Part shown: positions 13,401-27,900 of the stretch, piece after piece
Layout of the letters: each line of letters begins with the position of its first letter
Numbering within the stretch: the first letter of the stretch is position 1
Origin: Geosiphon pyriformis uo1
Taxonomy: Eukaryota > Fungi > Glomeromycota
Assembly (NCBI GenBank): GCA_016748015.1
Contig: JAAOMT010000620.1
Coordinates: 98,940 to 162,939, forward strand
Length of the DNA: 64,000 nt
Direction of reading: 5' to 3'
Made by a program: the position numbers and the translations under genes
Notes under the pieces: generated by a model
The model's input: the letters and a program-made list of their open reading frames with translations, nothing else
Databases searched by the model: none
What the model was told of the DNA's origin: nothing

Positions 13401-16284
13401 CTTCTCCACATCTGTGGCAAGCACCACCACCACCACCACCACCACCAAATCCTCCCTGTCGCTTTTCCGGACAATCACGAGCCATATGACCTTTATTATT
13501 ATATAAATTTTCAAAGTTGACGATTTAAAAATTTGTTGAGTCTATTTGAAATGGTCTCAATTAGCTCTCACCTTCTTCACCACATATACGACAGTCACCA
13601 CCAAAGCCCCGCTGTTTATTCAAAGATACACCTCCAGAGTGCCCTGTGAAGATTAAAAGCAAGATTTCAGATTAAAATACGAGGCAGGTCGAACTTTCTT
13701 TGTCACAAGAATAACATCGCCGAGTAATATTGTCACCTTTATCACCATACGTGTCGTATCCGTCATTATATGAATCATTTCCACCACGATAATTGTGGTC
13801 ACCACCGTCATAGTTTCCTGAAGCGAATGAGTCACCACCGTCATAGTTTCCTGAAGCGAATGAGTCGCCACCGTCATAGTTTCCTGAAGCGAATGAGTCA
13901 CCACCGTCATAGTTTCCTGAAGCGAATGGGTCGCCACCATCATAGTTTCCTGAAGCGAATGGGTCTTGAGAAGGCTGAATAGGGTTATTATCCCAACCAA
14001 CGTCTAAACTTTCCGTCGGTAATATTTTTACTTCTTGATCTTTGGTGGATTGATCAAATCGGCTTTTAAGTTTTATCCAATCATGTGGTCCTTGATTTAA
14101 TGTCGGTGTTACTGAAGAAGTATTAGGACCCCATTGGTCTTTGCCACCTGAATGATCCGATTTGGCACTCAATTGATCAGCGCTTTGGGAGTAGGTTATT
14201 ATCGAAGCATCGACTTGATGAGAACTTTTCGCATTTATCGTGGCCGTGAAGCCCCATTGATCCGTATCTTTATCAGCCGTGGACGTAACACGCGTTTGAT
14301 CAATACTTGCTTCGATTGTGGCCGGCTTACCACCCCATTGATCCGTAGCTTTTTCAGGTATAGGGGTTTTGTCATTCCACTGATCAATACTTGCTTCGAT
14401 TTTGGCCGGCTTACCATCCCATTCAGGAGTATTTTTTCCAGGTATAGGGGTTTTGTCATTCCACTGATCAATACTTGCTTCGATTGTGGCCGGCTTATCA
14501 CCCCATTGATCCGTAGCTTTATCAGCCGTGGACGTAATACGCGTTTGGTCAATACTTGCTTTGATTGTGGTCGGCTTGCCAGCCCATTCAGGAGTAACTT
14601 TTTCAGGTATAGAGGTTTTATCATTCCACTGATCAATAGTTGTGTCAGGTGTAGCTGTTTTGACACCCCATTGATCAGTGCCTGTTGTGATTCTCGTGGT
14701 TTGAGCAACCCATTGCCCAATTCCTTTTTCAGTTTTATAGGATTTGGCTTCCCAATTGTTAGCTTCCGCAGACTTAGCTGTCCACTGATCGGTTGCTGGC
14801 TGAGTTGCAGACCCCCATTTATCATTATCAGCCGCATCTTTTGATTCAACCTGTTTTTTTGCATTGTCAGCGTCCCAGGAAGTCAAGTTATCATAACCAT
14901 TTTTACCATTCTGAGTTGAATCATGTTGACTGACGACACTTGGGGTGGATTCGGTATGAGCATTCCATGAACCATTCCTTGTGTTATTCAAATCATCTGC
15001 GACTTTTTGAGAAACTTCCGTTTTTGTTGTGGATAAAAGACCGAGTGGGGCATCCTTGTTTGGCTCCTTAGGGTCTGTATCTGAAGAAACTGAAGCGTTC
15101 CATGAATTTTCTCCGGTTTTCGTTGATTTACTGGTAATAATATTAGCGACCTGTGAACCATCTGAATCATCCTTAACCTTTGTATATTCGAAAAATGTTT
15201 CTTTATGGGGAGATTCAACATGTTCCTTTATTTTTTTATCAGTGATCGATTCATTTTGGAGACTTTCTTCCACTAATTTGGGAAATATCGACTTTTCAGA
15301 ACTCTGTTGATTTAATGATGAAATTGCTTCTGCCACCCAAAAGGGTGGATGTTTGATGGCAGTGGGCGATGAGGGTCCCCATTTTTCCTGAATTGGTTTC
15401 GGTTGTGATAGTCCCATACCCCATGAAACTGAATCTTTCTTTATAGAGGGTGATACTATTTCGTGGGAAGATGATACTATTTCGTGGGAAGGTGATACTA
15501 TTTCGTGGGAAGGTGATACTATTTCGTGGGATGGCGATATTCTTTCGTGGGATGGAGATTTCTTCACTTCAATTTCTTTTTCGATCGGTGTCTTTTTTGC
15601 TGGTATCCATTCACCTGGCTCAGTTTGAGTACCTATATCCTTAAATTTGATCTGGATCTCTGGCATCGGCAGAATTTTAGTGTTTAAGCCTTTGAGAAGT
15701 AATAGAAAAAGGATCAATTAAGTTTCTAGGTTTTGAGAAAATCTTTCCAAATGATAATTCAAATTACTAGTTTGTTGAATGAATTCAATCTCCTCTTCAT
15801 CGTTCTTATGTAATTCTTTATCAGTCCTCGCTCTCACTATTTTATGGGAATTTGAAAGGTTTTCATAACTAGCATCCCAATCTTCTTCTACGATAGGGTT
15901 ATCTGAAGCCATCTAAAATGAAAATTTCAAGATAAAAATCACCTGTCATCTTGCATTCAAAAAGATAAATCTTACCTCCATTTTTTCTGATTCCCCTTTT
16001 CCATAAGTAGATATTTGAGAATGACCGCTATCAGAAGTATTCGATCTAACAGCATTTTTAATTTTTGACGAAGATTGATTCAGTTCATCATTTTGACCAT
16101 ATTCATTAAGGGAAGAAGGCTGCGATGGCAACTTTTGTAAAGATGGTTGGACGGAAGATGACCAATTATCAACAGAGGCTGATGTAGGCGCCGGTTTTGG
16201 CGTCGATGTTACCCAAGGAATATCGTTATCGTTCCAACTTTCAGTATTTGACTCTGGAGGTCCACCCCACTTATCTTGACTCAT
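10445..16284 (-). CDS. Large multi-exon CCHC zinc-knuckle protein (CnjB-like) with Trp-rich (WG/GW/DQW) disordered termini
   Basis: ATG at 16284; introns include 15975-15913 and ~15767-15690. After splicing there are about 8 knuckles (CRICGEEGHMARDC, CHRCGEEGHFARDC, CYKCQKPGHFAREC, CFNCKSKGH, CFKCGSSDHISRDC, CHNCGAEGHISREC). They flank a central domain EAWNKLLAADKEKDIDDFKEAFEEYAKA...LIDLQG that I recognise from fungal CnjB-annotated proteins. Confidence 0.8.
13799..13965 (-). repeat. Coding tandem repeat, 5 x 33 nt, (P/S)FASGNYDGGD
   Basis: Directly visible in the DNA and in the 13672..15717 translation. Confidence 0.9.
14270..14645 (-). repeat. Coding imperfect repeats (ASIDQ...DQWGxKP / ASIDQWNDKTPIP)
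   Basis: Recurrent blocks such as tcaatacttgcttcgattgtggccggctta on the plus strand. Confidence 0.8.
15448..15558 (-). repeat. Coding tandem repeat, ~5 x 21 nt, SPSHEIV
   Basis: Repeated gatactatttcgtgggaag units. Confidence 0.85.
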
Positions 16285-17929
16285 TTTATGCAAACTCGTT
16301 TAATCTAAATTAGGTTGGTATTTAAAAGATAAATTTGGTGAGTTTGTAACTTAACAAAAATGTGTTTGAAATTAGGACTTAAATTCGCCTTATTTCACAT
16401 TAGGTCGAACTTTACACGTGTATCATGCTTAACCTTTGTTTTAGATAATGATAGTTGAATAGGCTTGTGACTTAAGTCCTAGTATTTTATAGATCAAATT
16501 TGAAACCTCAAAACTTCAAAACCTCTCTCTTAGTACGCCACTTCCTTTCCATTTAAAACTCACCAAAAATAGAATAGGGAGTTCAATCTCGTCGAGCTTT
16601 TGTATTCAAGTTGAAATTATAAGGGTCTACCAACCTTGAAACAAGTGCGTGTATAATAGAGGGAGAAAGGGAAATTCGTGTGTCAACAAGGGATGATTTA
16701 TTGATCAAGTAGTACGATCATGAGCATCCAAGCCTTTTATGAGGGTTTGATCTCGTCGATCGTAATTTTAGAAATATGTTTTGCTCTCCATGATCGTTAT
16801 CAATGAATCTATGAAAATGACGTGAAGATTAAAGACCAGCATCAACTTGTTAATCATGTAAAATTTTCTAATCTAAAAGATGGTAATTGCCAATTAGGTC
16901 GATTTTTAGTACATCGCAGAATTTTTTCTCTCGATATTTTTTTTGTATCCCTTTAGCCTTAGATGAAAGACTTTATAGCCTAAAGAATGGGTTGTATATT
17001 TATATGAAATGAGAGAGTCAAATATATTGAAAGCAGGTGATTAAAAACCTAGTATTGGGTTAACAATTGATTCTTTTACATGTATTTATTATTCAATCAA
17101 GAAATTCCTTCTTTATTTGTACACTTCATTTAACATCAAAAGCAACGCAATATCGGCATAAATTATACGGTAGCAGCCCCAAGAAATACAAAACTTGAAG
17201 AAATCATTGAAAAAAGAAGAAGTATAACGAGGGGAAAAAACGGCAAATAATAAAAGTTTTCATCCAAATACAGAGGAAATTCAGGAATTTTTTTTTTCGG
17301 AAAAAGGAAAGGCTTTTATTTTATTAGCTAATTATAAAGAGGTAGTTGAGCTTGTTCTTTAACGATATTAATTGAGATGGTAATGTTTAAGAACCCAATT
17401 TCTGCAATCAAAGTTAAATATGAAGCACCAAGATATTGAAGGTAGCCACATATTACGTTCCGTGTACTTAGTGATTTGTTCAAAGAAAGGTAATCATTTG
17501 ACATTAAGTTTAAAACAGCTAATGAATCCAGGTTACGTTTCGTCTAATTGATCAATCCTCAGGTTTTATCATAAACCAAATCTTTTACCTTTGACATTCA
17601 GCGATTTATTTGGGGTTTTGGAGAAATGATATAATTTGCTAGTTTTTTCAATCATATATCACATTAGTAAGATAGCAAAGGAGAATTTTACGAGCACCAT
17701 TAATGTCCCTATAAAGCTCAATTTTCTATTAAAGTAATGGACTACCAAGGTCGTAATGAATGTGATTGTTGTTTTTATATTCCATTGTACAAGATACCAT
17801 GAGTTCTCACATGCTTTGTGGATGAAAGCTGAAAACGTGATTATGTGGATATTGTTTACAAAACAATTTGACAAACTTATAATGATAATTATTTATTAAG
17901 TAGGAGATTCTTTTGTGTATACATAATAT

Positions 17930-20900
17930 GACTTATAATAAATATAGTATATAAAAATGATTATTAACAAACATTTATGTATTGAATATTATAAATTAAT
18001 TTATAATGTTTACTTTTTCAAATATGATATTGCATTTATTTTAAAGTTTGTTATATAAATATCAAAATTAATAAATATATTCAATATTACTTTTGTTTAT
18101 ATACATTAAAATTTAAAAATATAATATTAATATTACTTTTAATAAATTTTTAACACAATAATTAATTTAAATATATAAAAATAAAAGTATTCCAAAAAAT
18201 TTATCATAGATAATTATTATTTTTGAGTTTTACAAAAGAATTTAAAAAATATATTTTAATGTTTTGAAATTATTACATGGTTTTTCAAAAAAAAAATTAT
18301 TAAAAATATATTTTTAATTTTGTATAATTAATAATAAAATTAGATTTATATTTTTTAAATAATTTATATACAGTTTTATTTTTAATATTGCTAAAAAAAT
18401 ATTATTAATTAATCAATTAATTAATAAACCAAACTGAAAAATAATAAACTAAAAAATATTTATAAAAATAACTCTTTCTTTTTTATATTTTTATGATAAC
18501 AATTAAATAAAAATGACATGTTTGATGTTGGTTTGTTTATTTGGTTTTCGACATTTGAGCTATTTTGGTCTGTTTTCGATTCCTAGATTTTTTTCTAATA
18601 TTTTGGTGGTATGGAAAGAGATTTAAAAAAGTTTTGTATAATGCTTAGTGGTATCTTGATGTAAGTTCAAGTGACTGGTAACGTGCAGAAAGCACATGAT
18701 CCACGCTTATTATAGAATACGTAGAAAGATCTTACTTTTTTAAAACAATAATAATAATAAAAATAGTAAAAAATAAAAAAGATATATATTCTATTTTTTT
18801 TGGTTTTTTTAATGTTATTATTTTAAAAACTCTTTTTATAATAAAAACACTAAGACAATATTTTACTAAAGTACTTTTTTTTATATAACAAAAACATAAA
18901 ACAGTTTTAAATTTATAAAAAACATTCTTTTTGGTTTTGAATAGAAGTTTTTTTCACTTAAATTTTTTTTAAATGAACAATTAAGACCAGTTTTAATGTT
19001 GTTGTTATTATTATTATAAAAATTTTTAAAATTTTTAATATTCTTTTTTAAGTAATTTTTATTATTATTAAAAAAAATAATAAAAGAAAAAAACAATTTT
19101 TTTTTAAAAATTAAATATTGGTTTTTTTTGATTTTTATTAGTTATATTATAGCAACATTAATTTTTTTGAACTTAAATAATAAAAGCAACAGCATATTTA
19201 TTAAAACTATTCAAATCTCTATATAATTATATTATATATATATTAAATTTCAATTAATTATTGCTATTTTTAAAAAACAAATAAGTTATGTTTTAATACT
19301 TCATTTTTCTTAATAATAATATTAAATTACTTAATTACAAAAATAATTTGATAAAATAAAAATTGAAATACCTTTTTTTTCTGTTTTTGAAAAATACTAT
19401 TATTTTAATAATATTTAAAAAATAATTATTGATTAATCAAAATTTTTGAATTAATATTTTTATAAAAATTAAAATAACTAATATTAAGATTATGTTTTAG
19501 TTTTTATATAATTTTATTAATTATTAAGAATAATATTAAACTTTTTATATAAACTTTATATTTCAAGTTTTTTTAAAAGATTAAACTTGTTGATTTTTTT
19601 TGATTGCTTTTAATATTGTAAAATTTTCTGTAATTTTTATTTTTTATTTGTTTCTGCTATTATAGTTTTTTATAATTCATTTTTTTAATATTAAAAATAT
19701 TTTTGGTATTTTTAATAAAATTTTTAAAATTAAATTGAAATTTGCTGATTTATTATTGAGTATTTTAAATTTTTTATAACTTTTAATATTTTTTTATTTT
19801 TAATTAATTTTAATAAAAAAAAACAATATTAGATTTTTTATTAATTAAAAAAATTATTGTTTTTCATAAAATCAAATTGATTTACTTGTTTTTTGACCAT
19901 ATTTTTTATTATATTATTGTTTAAATATGTATAATTAAATCTGGTTTATATTTTAAATTTTCAAATTTAAATATTAATTTAAATATATTATTATTAAAAT
20001 TAGTATATTGTATTTAATAAAAAAATTTTAAATATTAAAATTTGAATTATTTGGTTTAAATAATAAAATTTTTTTTTAATATGTAAATATTTTGTTTTAA
20101 GCTTTTTATTATATTTAAAGTTTTTATAAATTAGTTTAAAATTATATATTAAATCTATTGTTTTTTATTGTTGTAAATATTTGATTTATTTAATATTATT
20201 TAAAAAATTTGAGTTTTTAAATAAATTTTATTATACATATTTATTTAATTAAAAATTTAGTTTAAATATATTTTCGAAATAATTATTAATTAAATTTAAA
20301 ACTTTAATCAATTTAAAAATAAAAAAAAACTTATTTTTATAATTTTAAAATCCATTTTTAATTAATTATAATAAATAAAATAATATATATATTTTTATTA
20401 ATAATAAATATGATTTAATTATTACTTAAAATTATATAATTTATTGAATAAAATATAGAAAGCTTTAAAATAAATAGAACTTATATAATTGTTATATATA
20501 ATTAATTATTTAAACTAATTAAAACTATACTATATAAACAATATAAAAAAAATTGTATAATAATACCAAATTTTTTTTTACTATATTAAATTAACATAAG
20601 TAATTTAAGTTTATATCTATACTAAAATAATTTTTATATTTAATATTTAAACTTGAAATATTTTTAATATTTACTAAAATAAAATTATTTTTAATAATCA
20701 AATTATCTTTTTTTTATTTAGTTTTTAATTATAATTATATATATATAATTAATATATGTCTTAATTATAAGTTTTAAAATATTTAATATCTTTATAATAT
20801 CTTAAAAATATTTTTTTAAAACTTAAAACAATATAATAACATAAAATTTTTTTAATTAAGTTTTTTTTACACAAAAACACATGATTTAAGTTTTGTTTTA

Positions 20901-21950
20901 ATTTATACTAAGTATAAAAAACATTAAAATATTTGAAATTATATAGTTAATTTTTAATAATAACCGATAATTTTTGTAAAAAATTTTTGTACAATAGATT
21001 TTAAAATTAGAAATTATTTAACTAATAAATTCAAATTATATATATTTATTAAAATACTAAATTAAACTTATAATAATTAATTTATATTTTAAGTTATATT
21101 TATATTACTATATTTTATAATATATTTTAATTTTTACTTCATTAATTTTATTAAAATATTATATATTATTTAAAATTATTACATTATTAAAAACTAAATA
21201 TTTTTTACTAATTTTAATTAATAAAAAAATTTTAAAACCAAACCAACAATTTAATATTTTTTAATTTAACACTTATTATAAAAATTCAAACTTTTGTTCT
21301 TAAAATTTAATATAATAATAATTATCTAATTAACAAAAACATATTTTAAACTTAAAATTATTATTTATAATTTAATAAATATAAAAAACACAATTTTATA
21401 AACATTAATATTTATTTTTATCTTAATATTTTTAAATAAAACAATAATATTATGCTTTATATTAAGTATATTTAACTATTTTAATAATTTATTTGTAAAA
21501 ATCTTAATATTTAATTAATAAAATTTTTAATTTTATGTTAACTTTAAAAAATTTTTGATGTAATAAATATTATAATCAATTAATTCTGCAATTAAAAAAT
21601 TCGTATCAATTCTTAAAAACTTTTTAATTTTAAAAAAATTACTAAAAAAATTCAAAAAAATTTTGGCTTTTAAGGCTTAATTTTTTATAATAATAAAAAA
21701 CGTTTAATAAATAACTTTATTAATATCAAAGAATATTTTAAAAAATAAAATAAAACATATTTATAATTAACAAATTTAAATAGTTATATATATTTTAAAA
21801 TTATATAGCTATATTTATAAAAAAAGTTTAATTTTATAATAAAAATTATATAATATAATATAATTAATTATTAATTTTTATTTATGTTTATATAAATAAT
21901 TTTTTATATTATTTGTATTAAGTATGATAAAAAGTAAAATAAATAATTAA
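17930..21950. other. AT desert, likely fully hypermutated transposon relic(s)
   Basis: Near-absence of G/C over ~4 kb next to a decayed LINE; one short higher-GC island at ~18515-18735. Confidence 0.45.
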
Positions 21951-21959
21951 TATAAAAAC

Positions 21960-24900
21960 TTTTTTTTTTTCTATATTCTAAATTTTTCAAAGAGCATAAT
22001 TTTAATAAAAAAGTTTTTTTATTTTTTTTGTTGTTTTCATCAATATTTCTTACCTTAATAACCCCTTTATTATCAACTTGAAAGCTGCTTTAGATAGTAA
22101 TATACTAAAAAAAAAGTGCTCAAAGAAGTTTTTTATAATTCTGTTGATAGTTTTTTTTCTTAATAATATTAAACACTCTAATAATAAAAAATATATTTCT
22201 AGTCAAATTTAATTCTGACAATAGTATGTTTTTAAATATAGATAGTGATTTTAGTGATAGTAAATATAATAGATCTGTGTTTAATATTAGTGATAATTCT
22301 TTTTTTGACTTAACTGCCACTATTTCCAAGACTGAAAAAATAACTCTTGCTATAATTCTTGGCTCTTTTTTTGGTTTTCTTAATTTTAATATAGATGAAA
22401 AAGTCAGATCTTTTTTACTTTTTTTTAGTTTCTTTTTGAACAAAAAATAGATTAATCCTAAGATTATTAAGACTTAAGGAAAAGTATCCATTAAAAAATT
22501 CTTTACTTTGAACATTAATTTCTCAGCTATAAAAAACAAGTTAGCAATAACAAAGACTTAAATAACCAGAAAACTATTTTTAATAATTAACAATTTTAGA
22601 GAAATCACTATTCTCTCAAAATTTGAAGAGATTATCTAATTAATATTTATATTTAATAAAAGTTTGAAGAAAGCTGTATTATTGGTTAAAGATAAAGAAA
22701 TCATTATAAACAATAATATTAAGAAACAAAAAATTCATTCAGATTAGACTGTTATTATTAAAAAAATTCCCATAAATACACTAAAAAAAATAATTATTAC
22801 AGCTCTTTTCAAATTTGGTCAAGTAATATTAATCTGATTACAATTAATTAGAATATAATAGAAAATTGTAATAGAATTTGCCAAATTAAGTCAAGTTAAT
22901 CAATTGGCAGCAAAGTAATTATTTTTTATTAGAAAAGATTTAATGTATATAGCAAAGATTATAGAAGATTGTAAAATCTGGATGTTAAGAAATTAATTTA
23001 GAGCACTTCTATTTATTTTGTTTGTAAAAATAACTGCTCATAATCTTGGTGTTTTATTGAAAGAGATTAATGGGAAAACTTGTGTCATAAACTGTTTATT
23101 TAATATTAACAATAGAGTTTACTATATAATAGTTGGCTTTAAATCATAAAAAAAATTGGATTCAGCTTTTTACACAAAGTTTATTCTAAGTAATATTAAG
23201 CTTTCTTGAACTAAAATAAATCTGGTTTATTGTAAAAAGTGTAGATGTTTTAAACATTTGGCTTTAAAGTATAATGCATTAAGTGTTTGTGCCTTATTTA
23301 ATAATACTTGCTCTGATTTTGGCTTTGAATTCTCTTCTTCTAATATATCACATATAAAAAAAAGTTTTGTAATTATTCAAAATTAGTGTTTGCTTGGCTT
23401 TTTTAAAATGCTTTTTGAAGTTTTTGACTAATTAAGTATTAAGTATTGTCCATAAATTAGACATGATAAATCTAGTACTCCTGGTGTCTATTTTTTAATT
23501 TCAATTTCTATCTTTTGTAGTGCTTGTTTTTTCAAATTCAAAATTGGATGTGAATATGATTTTGAATAATCCACTTGTATTATCTATCTTCTCTTCTTTA
23601 TTTATAAATAATATGGTTTTAAATTTGGGTTTAAGTAAATTAAAAGTTTTAATTACTAAGATGAGTAAATTGAAATTTAAAATAATGGCTTTTAAAGTTT
23701 TTGTTAATTCAATTTTGGTAAAATTGGATCAGTTGTGTACTGGCTTAGATTTGTTTATGTTTTTTTGTCTTAATAAGTGATTTGGTTTAGATATTTGTTA
23801 CATATAATGTTTAAGATATTAATGTCTTTGCCAAGAAGGAAGACATTATTTGTTGGTATATAGAATTGAAAAATATGGTTTTGATTATTATAAAAATAAA
23901 ATTAAGGTCTAGTATTAAACTATGGATTATAAATAAGTTTAATAAAGTTAGAATTTTTACTTTTGGTTTAAATGTAAATTTTTTTAATGTTGATGTGGCC
24001 ATAGTTATAAATAATTTTTTGGCTCAGCATATTTCAAAAATGAATAAGATTCTAGATTGTTTAATTTCAATATATTTTTGATTTAAAAACAAGCTTTTGG
24101 TTATAATTTTGGATTTATATATTAAAGTATCTGCTAATATGTGATTTGATCAAGCTTTTGATATTAACTTTATTATTTTTAAAGCTGTCAATTCTAACTT
24201 TTTTGTGGTTCTAAATGGTAATTTCAATAAAAATAATTCTAAAAAAATGCAAGCTTAAAGAAATGCTCAGATATAAATTTGGTTAATTTATTTAAGAAAC
24301 ATTTTTTGGTAAAAGTTTCTACTTAGAATAACTTTAAAGGAGTCAAAAAGATTATTGATTATATTTTTATTAGTAAAAATTTGTTATTGGCAATTATAAT
24401 ACATAAAATTGGCAGTGTTTTTGAATTTTTTGTTACAGATTATAAAACAATTGTGGTTTTAATTAATCTGAAAAGTCTTTTGAATACATGTTTAAATAAT
24501 ATTCACAAGTAAGTAAACAAAGATTATTAGAAGTTTAATGTCAAAAATATAGATAGTACCAAATAGACTCATTTTAAAAAATGTGTTTTAGCTGAGTTGT
24601 TATTAATAGTAAATAGATTTGTGAATATAAAAGCTTTTGACAAATTAGATAATATATAGAAAAATTTAAAAAGAGTAATAATGAGTTTAGCAAATGCTAC
24701 TTTTTTTTAAACTTTGGCATAATAAGTTTAAGTATTTGAAAAATAAACAATTATCAAAATTTTTTGGATTAGAATTACTGGTTGCCAAAATTATAAAAGA
24801 ACTAAATGTAAACAACAAGTCTGAATTCAATTGTCTTTTTATAAAATGGTTAACAATTAATAATAATAAAACTTCTAAAGTTGTATTTATAGTTTGGAAT

Positions 24901-27900
24901 AGTACAAATTTAACAGATGTTATTAAAAAATTGTTATTAGTTAGGAAAAAATATAAAATATCAAAGTACTATAAATTAAAAATTGTTAAAAATACAGCCA
25001 TCAAAAAAACAATTAAGAAGCAAAAAAGAGAACTTTAGTTTTAATAAAAAAAGCATAATTAAAAGTGTTTTAGATTAGTCTTTTTATAAAGTAATTTTAG
25101 ATTATTTGGTGATTGGGGAAGAATTAATTTGGAACCAAAGAAAATAAAATTTAAAGTTAATAAGATTTTGGTAAATTAAATAAAAGAATGCAAAATACTT
25201 TTAGTGTTGTTTACTACTTGGTCTAAATAATACACACTATTAAATTATGAAATAAAAAATACTTTTTCTAAAGTTATGGATAAAATTAGTATATATAAAC
25301 TAGTTATGATAATTAATAATCTGTTTAATAACAAAGCAGCTAATTTATTAAATATATTAAATAAATTTTGGAAGTATTATAGTAATATAATATTAAACTG
25401 TTTATTAAATTTATTTAATTTTTGTTTAGTAATTAGTAAAATCTTAACATCTTAGAAAAAAGCATAAGTTTCAATGATTTTTAAACTATACAATTAAGAA
25501 AACATCTTAATAAATACATAATTTATTACATTTATTAAAATAACTAGAAAGATACTATTTAAGATTTTGTCAAATTACAACTTATTTGTTTGTATTAGAT
25601 ATAATATTCTTTGTAATAATAATTTCTTAGTCTTGAAAGACACTTTAACTTAATTTCTTGTGTTTATGATTAAATCAATAATAAAAAATAGTTTGAAAAA
25701 AAGTTAAGAAATTTGGTTGGTTCTGCAAAATATATATAAAGTCTATGATTTTGTTAGATAATAATACTTAAAAACTAGTTTAAAGTAGATAAAAATGTGT
25801 AATAAATTCATTAAATTATTTAGAAATATATATTTAAACAGAATTAACAGAATAATAATTGATTTTGATCTTTTAAATAAGTACAAAGTACTGAATAGAC
25901 TGGATTAAGATAAAATTTTCTTATTATTCTTGTAAAGAATTTTTTATGACTTTTTACTATATGAAATCAAAAAACAGAAATATTTATATAGATACAGGAT
26001 TAATACAAACTTTGTGGCAAAAACAAACAGAATAAAAGTAAGTAAAGACAAATCTTTATTTTTTACAGCAGCTGTGTTTATTGATAATACAATTTGAATA
26101 AAAAATAATAAGGCTTTAACACAATATATCTTAAATATTACTAATAAGTTTTTTGAAATTAATGATATTTCTATTAATAATAACAAAACTGTGGTAATTT
26201 TTATTAATTAAAAGGTCATGAATACTTCTTTGTACATTAATAATCAGCCAATTTTTATAACTAAACAAGACAAATCTTATAAATATTTGGATATTTTTTT
26301 GTTAATAAAAGATTTATTCAAGTTTAGTCTTGCCAAAACACATTCAGATATTAAGTTTTTTTCTAATTTAGTTCTTAGAAAAATATTGTTTGATAGATAA
26401 TTTTTTTATTTGATTTTGGTTGTTTTATAATTTATTATTAGTTACTGAACACAATTCAGTTTTGTATCTAAGAATATATATTAAAAGTAAAATGTTATGT
26501 TAAAAAAGAAGTTAAAATTTAAGACCAATCTGCCAAGAAATTTTTCTAATAAGACTTTGCATTACTTTTTTCTTTATAGACTAAAAATATTTTACCAAAT
26601 ACAAGCAGAAAGCAAAATTGTTTTTTTGATTAAATTTTTTAATGTATCTAAAATCTTTAGTCAATTATTTGAGCATTATTTTTTGGATTTGTAAATTCTG
26701 AAATGAGTTTCAATAAATCTTTTATAGTATTTTATTAGATTAAAAATCAGTTTTGTAAATAATTTTTTGATAAATGTTGTTAAAATTTTGTTAAATAACA
26801 AAATTTTTTTAGCTAATAACTTATTAATATATTTTACAATACATATTATTTTTTTATGTCTAAGATTTTAAGAAACTTCTTATATTATAATGTGATTCTC
26901 TTTTTGAAATGCTTTGATGTTGTTTTTGATAACAGATTGTTAGATAAACATGGTTTAATTATAAGTTAAAAGATCTTTTATTATTAAAAAAAATTGAATT
27001 TTAGAGATTTAGTATCTTTGTGATTTGAAAAAACTTTAATTTATATGAATAATTATTCAGTTAAAATTGATAAAATTGCTTCTGCCTTTGGTTGCTTAGA
27101 TGTTATTTATTTAAAAAGTTTTTTGGATATTCAAAAGCATTTACACAGATTATGGACTGATGTTTTTAATGTTTACATAAATAGATCTTTAAAACTATTA
27201 GATATTGCAGAAGTTATTAGTAAGATAGTGGCTTATTTTTCTAATATTAAAATGAATATAAATATTTAACTACATAGATTACTATTATTTATATTAACAA
27301 AACTTTAGGCAATTGCTTTGATATTGAAATGTATATTTTTATTTTGCTTAATAGTTATATATATAGATAGTTAAGTGTTTTTAAATGCATGTGTTTTAGA
27401 ATTCAAGCTGTATTTACTAAATTTTCAAAACAAATACTAAGTGAAAAGATATCATATAGCTAATTTGATCAAAATTAAAAATATTTTGGTTAAATAAGTA
27501 AAGATTAAGAGTCATTTAAAAAACACTAATAATAACAGAGTTAATATTTTTATATATAATATAATATATTTGGATTTTGTTTTCTTTAAAAGAATTTATA
27601 AGAAATATATTATGGCTAATGGCTAAATAGTATTAGAAAATACTTATTATTTTATTTGAAATATTTATCAAACTGTTTATTATGTTCAATAAGAGATTGA
27701 TTCAGATATTAGAGTCATAAATAAGATAATAATTAGTAGTATTAATTGAATTAATATTGCTAAAGTTTGGTATTTGAATTCATATATGCTTTCAAAATTT
27801 ATAAACAAGACTTTAACTGTTCTATATACATATTTGATAAAAATAATTTACAGAAAACTGTCTATTACTATTAAAAAAAACTTTATAATAAAGATTATTT

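Noticed and set aside
16500-17900. Coding-like fragments on the plus strand
   Set aside because: Multiple stops and no motif identifiable with confidence.
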